Notes under the pieces: model-generated
Database searches by the model: none
What the model was told of the DNA's origin: nothing
Seen by the model: the letters and a program-made list of their open reading frames with translations, nothing else
In this document: positions 14,384 to 25,495 of the stretch, piece after piece
How the letters are laid out: each line of letters opens with the position of its first letter
Position numbering within the stretch: the stretch's first letter is position 1
Source of the DNA: Marsupella aquatica
Taxonomy: Eukaryota > Plantae > Marchantiophyta
NCBI GenBank assembly: GCA_973895155.1
Contig: OZ316894.1
Coordinates: forward strand, 21,733,867-21,797,866
DNA: 64,000 bases
Reading direction: 5' to 3'
Made by a program: the position numbers and the translations under genes

Positions 14384-15647
14384 TTAAGTAGAGTGAGAAG
14401 GGATACTTGTGGTCCATATTTTGGTCTTGGAGGTCTTGCCTAACCTTATTCTAACTTTTTCCCAGACTTTCACTGGTGTATATTTTAATTTTTCCCATCC
14501 GAAAAGATCTTTTTCAAGTATTTGGCTCACACCTAGCAACATGTGTATCTGCCAATTTTAACAACACAAGACAAGTTTTGGGGGCATTTAGCCTCATATA
14601 TATATATGAAGTGCGTTCACGCTTTCGGGTTTGGAATGCAATTTTCTCCTCATTTCGTTCCAGCCCACGGCTTTTGGAACATCGAATTTTTGCGCGCTTC
14701 GAATGACCACCACGGTACTCGAGAAAATGTGGGAGGAAGACTGATTGTCGATACGCCCCTTGATTTGCTTTATTTGAACAATCGCTCTTCTTGGACTCAT
14801 CACAAGCTAAACGAATATTGAGCTCCTTTCATTTCGATCAACTGTTAGGAATGTATCCCCACGACTCGTACCTCCTGATCGTAACGCTCCTCAAGATTTG
14901 AAAGGAATTTGTGACAATCAGTAACCTCAATAAATTATGGCTTTGCCATTCGAAACATGAAACAAATCTTACAGTGCAATTATGTCATGAGGCTTTGAGC
15001 TCAAATGAAGGATTCGGCCACGGTTTGACAGTCTGCCAACGATTTCCATACTCGAAACTAAGTGGATCTCTGTGTCATACGGAGCAGTGATTGCGAGAGG
15101 ACCATGGAGCCCTTCTCCACCAATAAGCGACTCCAGAATTACCTGAAGACCATCGAGCCATTCTCTAACAATCAAATGTCCTCATTTTGAAGAGCAAGAT
15201 TGTGAAACCAGTGTCACCAGTGACACTCGAGACTGAAATTTGTTAATCATCTACAGTGTGAAGACGTGTTGAGATTCGAGAGAAATTGATTCAGTTTGAA
15301 GTGGACCGAAATACTCCATATGGGGAGTGGGCAACAATTCTAGCGAAGATTTTACCTACGATTACCAGAACACAAGATCACCTTAAGTAGTCCCAGAAAA
15401 TAACGCCTTTCAGAAGTGTCAACGAATTCAGTAGTTGTGCAAAGAACAAATCCATTGGAAATTCAAAACCCAGGGAAGGATTTCGCGAATTCACGTTTAC
15501 GCAAAATCGACACTGCATCGTGTGATATAAACCTTTCACTCTTGTCATCTATTTGGGCACGATACCCTCAGCACTCGATTATTAAACTAACTTACAGTAT
15601 ACGGAAACTCTGACCACAATTTCTCACAGCCCGCTCTCTACATCATC

Positions 15648-16412
15648 TCAGCAGGAGAGTTTCCACCAGCCTACATGAGTAACATACAAAATTGAAGCAA
15701 CAGCAAATCCAAATGCCACTGCTTCTCTCTGTGCCAAAATCCGCCTTAACCAAGCTCGAAGATCTGTAACCCATAAAATCTCCCCTCTCCCTCTTCGTGC
15801 GGTCTTCAGCCCTGTCAACCCATCAAGACTGTCGGCATTCCACTTCTGCTGATAGACCTGGAGCTGATTTTTCTCAATTTGCTTCGCGGCGAAATGACCC
15901 AGCGTCTCTCGGTCTTCAAACCCGGCAACCCGATTGTCGTACTCGGCATTGCTGTCCCCCAATTTCCGCGACGAGAGTCGAGGCACGCCGTACCCGCACG
16001 ACGTCTGCACCTTGAAAACGTCCAGCACAATCACCGCTCTCGCACCCTCCAGACGCATGTTGCTGCTCTTCCCCATCTTTTCCAGCAGGCTCTCAAACTC
16101 GGGCTGGTCCCATTCGACCACTCTTCCAGTGCAGAAGAAGCGGAGGATCCGGGGACTGGCTTCGAACGAGCAGAACATGATCGTGATGCGTCCATTTTCG
16201 TAGATGTGGGCGATGGTTTCGGATCCAGAGCCGGTGGCATCGACGTAGGCGGCTTGGTTCGGCGAGAGGATGGAAATGGAGCTCGCTGGAAGGCCCTTGG
16301 GAGAGAGGTTGATGTGCTTGCCTGCGAGTGGGGCTGATGCAGTGAAGAAGACGGGTTGTTTCATAGCCCATGCTGCGAGCTCCGAGCTGATTGAGTCGTA
16401 GAATTGGGGCAT
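15648..16412 (-). CDS. Pyridoxamine 5'-phosphate oxidase-like FMN-binding protein, filamentous-ascomycete type (ustO-like), intronless, 254 aa, C-terminal hydrophobic segment
   Basis: Uninterrupted ORF from ATG 16412 (MPQFYDSIS). Motifs FFTASAPLAGKHINLSPKG, YVDATGSGSETIAHIYENGRITIMFCSF, PRILRFFCTG, VQTSCGYGVP match the fungal/bacterial PNPOx-related family as I recall it. Confidence 0.88.
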   Translation of the reverse strand: MPQFYDSISSELAAWAMKQPVFFTASAPLAGKHINLSPKGLPASSISILSPNQAAYVDATGSGSETIAHIYENGRITIMFCSFEASPRILRFFCTGRVVEWDQPEFESLLEKMGKSSNMRLEGARAVIVLDVFKVQTSCGYGVPRLSSRKLGDSNAEYDNRVAGFEDRETLGHFAAKQIEKNQLQVYQQKWNADSLDGLTGLKTARRGRGEILWVTDLRAWLRRILAQREAVAFGFAVASILYVTHVGWWKLSC

Positions 16413-17925
16413 GATGATCGCCCTCGAATGCAACTGTTGCTGGTCCTTCGGGAGAGAGCAGTTTGGGTCATTGATTGACGAGAATCTCGGGAGAGAGGAG
16501 AGAGGGCAGAGACAAAGAGAGAAGTCGTGCCTCGACTACACATCGAGAAAGGCTGTGGCCATTGATTCATAAACAAAATTAAAGGACTGTTCGGAATAAA
16601 AAGGGAGTGGAATGACGAGAGATTCTTTCCTTGGTGACTACGGTGACGATGAAGTGATGATGGAATGTCGGAGTGGGTGTAAAAGCTAGACCGTGAAAGT
16701 TCTTGTCCTCGTTGTACGATAAGCTTTTCAGTATAAAGTATACTACCATCTTCACCTGACAGCATTCAGATCTTGACAAATTCTTCTGTCGGACCCTCCT
16801 ATGGGGTTTATTTTGAGCTTCACTAAACTTTTCAGTTTGTTGTGGAGTAGGGCGTGATGGGAATTCTCAGGTTCTCTGTCTTCCCCCTGGTCTTCTCCCC
16901 AAATTTTGAAGCTGCTATATGGTCAATTCATTTTTCACATTTTGTTTGAAGCTGCTACACTGCTATATGGTCAATTCACCTTTCACATTTTGTCTTATTT
17001 AGATTTTGTGTTCAATATTTTAATTTTAATGTGCCTAAACTAGGTGAATCATTTGTATTAATTTGATTTTTAATTAACTTTTGGAGCCCTTTTAAAGTAT
17101 TGGTTCCCCTCAAAAAATTGTAATTTTTACTTTTCAATCATTCCTTAATGAATTTGTTTTTCTCATGAGAATGAGAGAAATGAATTTAAACAATGTGCAC
17201 ATTTGATGTACTAATTTCCCTCCTGGTTTCATTTATGAAATTTATAGTTTTAATTAAGTTAATTGTCATTGCCTAAAAGCAAGTGAAAATGTATGTATGT
17301 GCACAACTCTTTAGTATCCTTTGTACTTATTTAGTCATAATGTGTTTTTCTTTGCATTTGTATTCCCTCTTAATTAACAGATATTAATTTCTTGACATAT
17401 ATTTTACATGTACCTATTTGTTTTATCATAAAAGAAATCAAATGAATTAGATATCACTACAAGACAAATAAATAAATAAACATGTTCCAAGATGAACAGA
17501 TGAACATACTATATTGGTCTCTTTATCTTCTGGAATCTCCCACTTGGACGCTTTTTGGTCTTTGATAGTGTGATACATAATAAGCACCTTAGTTCACAAG
17601 GGGATGAAGAAAATCAAAAATTTATACACTTGTACTGTATCTCCCCTGAAAGAAGGCCCAAGTTTTGTATTCAAAATACAGTAGTCCACAAGGGGCCGTT
17701 GTACTGGCAAAGTTGGAAAGCAGCAGTCTGTAATGCCATCATTATGACACCTACTATTGAAATTTGTTTTGGCAGGAGGTGTCCCACGCCCGCAGTGGGT
17801 CACTTAACTGTTAATTAGGAGGGGCTGATTAGTCCTAGATTAATTGGACCCTGAGAGTTTATTTGCATTAACCTCTCTCTGGCAAGAGAGATGCTTAGTA
17901 AACCCCCCTTCTCGAAAAAGTTTGT

Positions 17926-18148
17926 TTAATCAACTCCCTCTATATTGTTCCCCAATCTGGACTGTTGATGTACCTTTCAATCTCAGATCTGGACCAGTTT
18001 GCTTAATCAACTCCCTCTATATTGTTCCCCAATCTGGACTGTTGATGTACCTTTCAATCTCAGATCTGGACCAGTTTGCTTAATCAACTCCCTCTATATT
18101 GTTCTCCAATCTGGACTGTTGATGGACCTTTCAATCTCAGATCTGGAA
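17926..18148. repeat. 77-bp minisatellite, about 2.9 near-identical copies
   Basis: ttaatcaactccctctatattg... starts at 17926, 18003 and 18080. Confidence 0.95.
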
Positions 18149-18960
18149 AATTGATAGACCTCAAGTAACAAGTTTCATTTTGGGGGTTGATCAAGCAAAT
18201 ACCTCCTCTCTGGCACTTCGCCCCCATACAAACTCTCCAACGTCAAGAGAGATTCAACACTCCTGGCAAAAAAATATTGAATCCAGTTTCTCTAAATAGT
18301 CTAGAACTGGATCAGCCAGTGCAATGCCTTCACTCTCTTCCGTAGCATTCATGTGCCACAAAGCTGTCAATGACAATCTCCAGCATCCATAATCCCTCTC
18401 GAAAACTAATACAAGAAATCTATGAAGTTTATCATCCTATACGGCAAAGTGAAGACCTAAGATTTTTGGAATTTTAATAATTGTTAAGTCGTCATCGAGC
18501 TTATCCAGATGGGTGTATAATGTGTGCTGAATGTGTATAAAGTTCCGAAAGGGATCTACTTCAGTAATGTTTAGAGCATCTTGGACCCGAACATGGAAAC
18601 GTGCGTCCCAACGATGTGCAGGTTTATGAACAACTGTGACGTAAGCGATATTTCAATCGCCTGCAATTGGAGCCAGTGAACTACTCTCGTTTTCTTAAGA
18701 GCTTGAAAGCAAGTGAAACGAAGTTCTGAAGTGTGAAATCTCTGCCCACGTGACTTTATTGATACAAAATAATACCAAACGGACAATACAAGTGTCTCCA
18801 ACGGACACGGATGTGAGGCTTGGTCTGACTTGGACAAGCCAGAACTTGTTCTAATCTAGATTAGAAAGAGCCTTCACGGTTGAGAATAAATTGACAGGAG
18901 CCTGTCAATGAATTAGAGATAGTTTACAAGTCACCTCTGCTATCGGATATGTCCGTCCAA

Positions 18961-21900
18961 TTACTGCATATAGCTAACATATTTTGCACTCAGAAGGATC
19001 TTTTGCACGCATAGCAAGGCTTCCCTTGCTACGTCTTGGTTGTCATGCGCCATCAGTTGCATCATCCGGTCTTTTGCTTTCAAGTCAGAGATGATCCCAC
19101 GACCAGAAGGATGGCTCCCAATGAACTGAGAAATATCTTGGCATGCCACAGCTAGAGTCTTTGGATCCCCTGAGTTCTCTAGGATCGAGATCAAAATTCG
19201 CAACAGCTGCACAACCATCTCCAAAATTAGGGTGAAATCCAGAGAGCAACCCATACTTACGTTTCGACTGTAACCAAAAATTCACAAGTTCAATCTCAGG
19301 AACACTTCCGAATTCATAGGTTCACATAGTTGTCACATGATGAGGTTAGAGGCCATGTGAAATTCCAATGGATCCCAACCTCCCCACGGGGTAGCAATCC
19401 TTGCAAGAAAGAGAGAATAGAAGCAGTAGTTTCTCATTGATATTTGATAAGATATACTTTTCAATACCCCAACGGTTCTCGATGTCACAGGGCACCTTTA
19501 TGAATCATGGTGAAGAGGATTGTTCCTTGGAACACTACAAATTGATCATGTTCAAACTCGGTCACAGTAAATAAGCTTCCGTGGTGTCAAGCAAATTGCA
19601 CTAGACATACCTGATAGTCGTTTTCTTCAAATTTCTTATAATTTTCTCGCCAGAAAACAGGATCTTTGTGGACAGGTGTCCAATCAAGGCGCCCGGAGGT
19701 AACCTCCAACTTGTACGTATCAAAGGAACTCAAGTCCTTGACGTTTTCCCTTAACGTGGACTCCAATACATCCAAGGCTTGATTCAAATCCTGCAAGGAA
19801 GCCAGAACTGATCACATGCCTGTGACGTTTAAACGCACCACGAGATGAACGTGTAACTTATAAGATACACCTTCAAGATTATCGAGTCACAAACTGCACT
19901 TATGCACGTATCACTTCTGAAAGAATACTTAAAACTACTGTGGCCATTTCTACAGCCGTACCTACCTCGTCATTCCAAGCTTGTAGCCTCAAATTTTGGA
20001 TGATCTTTGGGAATCCAAGCGCGACCAATTCAGACCCAAAGTTCCCCTTCTTCACAAGGTTTTTGATACTCATAAGGGCCACCCTTGCCACCTGGATTGG
20101 CCAACAAGCCCACACATGTTATTCAGCTGTCCCAGCCCTCATGACATTCAGATAGAGACTGGAATAAATGCTCACCAGAAATATAGTTCAACAGCCAGAG
20201 ATAACAAGATATGGACCTTTTCCTTCGTTGAAGCCTTCACGACTTCCACGAGTCGGGGGACCACTTTTGCGTCAGTCAATGCCTCAAAAGCTGGGTCATA
20301 AAATGTCAAAAGCCATACGCTAAGTGTCGCCTCATACAACAGCTGCAAACCACATGAACATGAGAAAACATTTTGAATGTATTTTCATTCCCACAAAGTG
20401 TAAAAGATACAAACAATTTAAACAAAGATGCAGAGCCTCAAAATTAGACGAAGCCATAACCCCTCTACCTGGATATACTGTTGATTGGTTGCAGGTGAAA
20501 CTAGCTCAGCGAGTGACTTGACACCTCCTGACTTAACAAACAAGGATCTCACTTCGCGTTCGCGCAATAGAGTAGCCAAAGCGCTCACTGCAGTTGGAGT
20601 GGCACGGGTTGGATGGTCTGGATGCTTTAACTGTAAAACATTTTAAAATTAGAAATTATTCCATGTTGAGTGTTAGGGGTTGCAAAAGGGATCCGGTAAC
20701 GACTGTTTCAAGGAACCGGTGTGGCTTTTCGGCTAAAATGGACAAGAAATCTTCCAGAAAATTAAGGTCAAGGTCATGCACCTCGCCACTCAACCATTCT
20801 ACCAGACCACCCAATATTTTATCAAGTTCACTGATTGGCTGCTTTCCATTCCCGTTCATCACACCTGACTGAGGTACTTCACTTGGTCGAGCGCTGCAAA
20901 AGACATGCGATGTTAGCTGTACAAATATACACACATCTGCAAAATAACAGGACCTCCTGTGGCACGGGATGAAGGGAAAATACACAATTTGAGTCTTAAT
21001 TGAGGTTAACACTAATTACCTGATAATTAGAGTGAGAATCTTGCAACTCGTTTCTTGTATGAACCACTTCTTCTTCGAAAGCAACCTGAAGTAAAAATCA
21101 ATCTCTACAACTTTTAGGAGATCATCAACTTGGAAAGACCGGCTAGAAAGTCTCAAGCTGACGGACTGGGAAATCAGAATCCGCACAGAAGTTCGCTAAA
21201 TAAGAGAGATCAATCACACACGAGAGTATCCAGGTAGGTATTTCAAGACGAACAGGCACAGCCAAGTGGAAAACTGCGCTTCCATTCTCCATCACAAGTC
21301 TAGGGTACAAGAGCTAAATCAACACATGGAACAGAACCGACACTCAAATCGGCTGGGATGATGTCTTGCCTTAAAAATGTCCCATACACGTCTTCACCTT
21401 CGAGAGACTTGTCATGGAACAATCTTGCTCTCTTAGGGTTGGCTGTACACGGCAATAATTGGATCATCAGCCTCCGACCACGAGTCAATCTTAACAAAAC
21501 CAAGGACATGATGATGTTCCACTTAGGAACCAGAGCGGAATTGGTAGAAAGTCGCGCTTTTGAAATCGCCTGTACTCTCTCACTTAAGAGACAAGCATAC
21601 AAACCGAAGGGAAGGGCTTGAGTTCGTTTCTTCTATGGCCAAGGCATTGCTATCTTAGGGTTCGCTGCATAAGTGAATCATGTCAGAACTACCTCAAGGA
21701 AACTCCTCCAAAAACCTCCCATCTTAATTTCAAAGTGATACCTAAAGGATACAAAGGGTGGCCTGAAAGCCCCATTTTCGAAACCTATTATTTTCGACGA
21801 CAAACGACTTTCAGAAAAACACAAAGATAATCCGCGTTATTCCGGTCCTTTGATTGCCAAACATCAACTCTCAAAATTAGATTCCCTGCCAGCTGAAGCT

Positions 21901-22810
21901 GTAATTGACAATATAGCTCCGATTCATACATACCTGAGAGCATTTCATCAATCAAAGCTAGAACGTACTCCACGGTGTCTTGCTTGCTAATGTCACGAAG
22001 AATTCCCACGAACACTTCCACATACGCAATTCCATTCTACAAAGAAGAAGGGACGTCCAAGTAAGTGGAGAGCCTGAGTCTAAGTCCCAATAAGTATTTA
22101 AATAAGGGATGGCATGCTGCACATCAAATCCCTCTATGATTTAACAGAAACACAGCCTGTTACTGCTCCAACCTTTCAAAATGCTCCAATTAGGCGTTAA
22201 CTCTGTTCTCATTTGCACTCTCATTCGTTCACTAAGCTGCAACAAATTGCTTTCATCTTCACACATAAGCTGGCCAGGGTTTCATGTAGAACTTTACCGG
22301 TGTAAACAAGACTTAAAATTCAGACTTCACTGTCTTCTACCCTATGACCAGGTAATCCCCAGCATTGAAGATTGTATAGTAATTACAATGGCAACATCCT
22401 ATGTACCAAAAGCAACAGACACGCCAGAGCATTCATAGACAAATGTGTGCAGATGAGTCTGGAGAGCAAGGATGACATTGAACAACTCAGAGACACTCAC
22501 GTCGTCCAGCAATGACGCTTGCTGTTCGGGTCGTCTATGGTCGTAGCGCCTGAGTAGCGTCAATCCTTTGCCAGAGATGAGCTTGGCCGTCAAGTAAGTC
22601 TCCCATGGAATATCCCGTTTCAAAACCTGATCAGCCCACGAACAAATCTAGTCATTTCTCGCCCCCAGAATGCCACTACCCCCTCCTTCCGCACGACTCA
22701 CCCCAAAACCCATCTCCGAAGACAGCAGGACGCTTTCATTAGGTTTCAGAACCAGGCAGAACAATTCACAGGCGGCGCACCACTTCTCTCGTAAGCTCGG
22801 AATCCGCCAT
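18961..22810 (-). CDS. VHA-H: V-type proton ATPase subunit H
   Basis: Exons (minus) 22810-22781, 22626-22501, 22036-21934, 21442-21370, 21085-21020, 20893-20782, 20630-20469, 20342-20217, 20091-19966, 19790-19611, 19206-18961. [21 protein letters not shown] start, [43 protein letters not shown] end. Confidence 0.96.
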
Positions 22811-23763
22811 TGTCCGCACTCAATCTCCTCACGATCCGGAAGCGCTTCTTCCCTTCTTCAAGCCTCCGCTACAACTCGTTCTTCAGCTCAGTTGTTTCGT
22901 CTTCTCCCCGACCCCCCATCACCTCCCGGCCCACACAACTCCCCCGACCTCCAGCATATCTGGAACACACCACAATTCCCACAAGATTAAAAAGCCAGAG
23001 ACCCACAGCGCCTGCTCTCTGATCGAGACCCTCTACTAACTCAGGCGAGATCGATCTCAAGAGAGCAGAGCCAAAGCAAGGAATTCAACAGAATTGGGCC
23101 CAGCAGGAGGGGAAGGATGGGAAGCCCACGAATTCCTGAACTTACAAGAGTGGAGTCACCACGTACTGCACCCAATGGAGATCCACCAAATGGGCTGGCT
23201 GCCAGATCTCAGTACAAAAGCGCTCTGCACCGGATCTCACTTGGGGCTTGACATGAGAGGAGAGGGCAAGCAACTCCAAGCAGAGCTCACTCGATGGGCG
23301 AAAACCCACGTGGCTCACACCATTCGCCGCAGAAAAAAACCCCTCAACTCCCTCTAGCCCTTTGCTCAAAGTCGAAGGCAACGTGCTGCACTGTTTACTA
23401 CGAACACTGAATTCTCACATCGACATCGCACATCTCACAAGGCCAGAGAGAGACGCCATCTCAGCTTCAGTTGGACAAACGGACTAGAACCAAATTGCAT
23501 AATGAGCAGTTCTGATTGGTTAAATCTACAATTATAATAAGGGATCCCAGATTTTTTTTGTCCTTCTTCCCAATACAAAAGAACTCTTTGGCAGAAAGAT
23601 CCACAGTCTTAGTATTTGTTTGGCTGTTTTTCCTGACCATTGATAAAAGAAATGGACTCCCTTGGCGTATATGTGCTTCCTCACACTGCTCCATAAATGC
23701 CCTAGCCGGACTCTCTATGGGCCGGCATTCTTTGTGTCGTGCAACGCACGAGCATAGGGCTCG

Positions 23764-24713
23764 TTTACTGTACTAGGGCCTCTCAAAGTTCATGTTATTC
23801 CTCTGCTTCAGTTCTCTCAAAGTTTCATATTATTCCTCTGCTTCAGTTGGCAAACAGACTGGAACCAAACTGCAGAATGAGCATTTCTGAGTGGTTACAT
23901 TTACTATACTAGGGCCCCTCAAAGTTTCATATTATTCCTCTGCTTCAGTTGGACAAAAGGACTGGAACCAAATTGTATATTAATGAGAGTTTCTGAGTGG
24001 TTACATTCACTATAGGAGGGCATCTCAAAGTTTTATATCACATTTACTATACTAGGACATCTCAAAGTTTCATATTATTCCTTTGCTTCAGTTGGACAAA
24101 AGGACCTGAACCAAATTGTATATTAATGAGAGTTTCTGAGTGGTTACATTCACTATACTAGGGCGTCTCAAAGTTTCATATCACATTTACTATACTAGGG
24201 CATCTCAAAGTTTCATATTATTCCTCTGCTTCAGTTGGTCAAAAGGACTGGAACCAAATTGTATAATGAGCATTTTCGAGTGATTACATTTACTATACTA
24301 GGGCATCTCAAAGTTTCATTTCACATTTACTATACTAGAGCCTCGCAAAGTTTCATATTATTCCTCTGCTTCAGTTGGACAAAAGGACTGGAACCAAATT
24401 GTATAATGAGCATTTTTGAGTGATTACATTTACTATACTAGGGCATCTCAAAGTTTCATATCACATTTACTATACTAGAGCCTCGCAAAGTTTCATATTA
24501 TTCCTCTGCTTCAGTTGGACAAAAGGACTGGAACCAAATTGTATAATGAGCATTTTTTAGTGATTACATTTACTATACTAGGGCATCTCAAGGTTTCGTA
24601 TCACATTTACTATACTAGAGCCTTGCAAAGTTTCATATTATTCCTCTCCTTCAGTTGGACAAAAGGACTTGAACCAAATTGTATCTTTAATGAGCATTTC
24701 TGAGTGGTTACAT
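23764..24713. repeat. 140-bp satellite/minisatellite with an internal ~37-bp sub-duplication; a degenerate outlier unit sits at ~23464-23530
   Basis: gttggacaaaaggactggaaccaaattgtat... recurs at 140-bp period (about 24234, 24374, 24514, 24654). Each unit contains catttactatactag...tcaaagtttcatat twice. Confidence 0.93.
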
Positions 24714-24944
24714 CTAGCACAGAGGAAGTCTCAAACGTTCAATGGTAGGGATGATGGCTTTTGGGCATTGCTTTTTCACAGGGTTATAGGGTTAAGTGAA
24801 AGGCCTTTTTTCAGTAGCCTCTAAAGTGACTTATGGCTACGACATATGATGAGTCTTTATGGCAAAACGTTATGGGTCATGAATTGGTACTCCATAAACT
24901 TTTTCTGTTCGTAACCTTAACTACTGAATTGATACCCATCAAAT

Positions 24945-25495
24945 TTTGAGGTTTGAGACCACCTAATTGCAACTCTCTCTTTTTTGGTTGAAATATATAC
25001 TTTGCCACTCCGTCTTTGTCAAGTGTATGTTGTGTCACTCTTCTTAGTTTAATTATTATTTGCCATAGTTTTCTATTGTTGGTTAAAGCAAAGTAAATTT
25101 TAGTTGACTTGAAACAATCTTACTGTGCACACGGGCCAGGGTTCCCCATTGGAAAGTCTATTGTGTCCTCTACCCTAACTGCAACACACTCTCTCTTGAA
25201 CCCTCCACATTGGGTTATATCTTTTACTTTGCTCCTGCCCGCTCCTGGTTGGCTGCCCCACTCCCTCAGCCCCCCCTAGAGAATGGGCCAGACTTGTAAG
25301 GTTAAGCTGAGGATGATGACAATAGTTTGATGATGAAAGCCGGCAGGATGATGACCGTTGGATCAATCAACCTAGCTAGAGTTAGTTTGCTTAACCAGTA
25401 GCAAGAGAAAGGTGGCAACATGGTAGTCAAACTAAAAAGAGTGGCAAAGTATGGAATTCAACAAAGCAGAGTATTAAATTTAGTAAACCTCACTT
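24945..25495. mobile_element. Degenerate non-autonomous TIR element (MITE/MULE-like)
   Basis: Inverted matches atactttgccactc (24997) / gagtggcaaagtat (25439), ggttaaagcaaagtaa / ttagtttgcttaacc, gaggttt / aaacctc. No clear TSD. Confidence 0.5.

Noticed and set aside
15797-16371. Several overlapping and antisense ORFs of 70-150 aa over the PNPOx-like gene
   Set aside because: Shadow ORFs expected from GC-rich coding sequence; no motifs.
23764-24713. Regular repeat array that could be mistaken for CRISPR (likewise 17926-18148, 31154-31361 and the LTR 18-mers)
   Set aside because: No unique spacers (whole units repeat), no cas genes, eukaryotic context.
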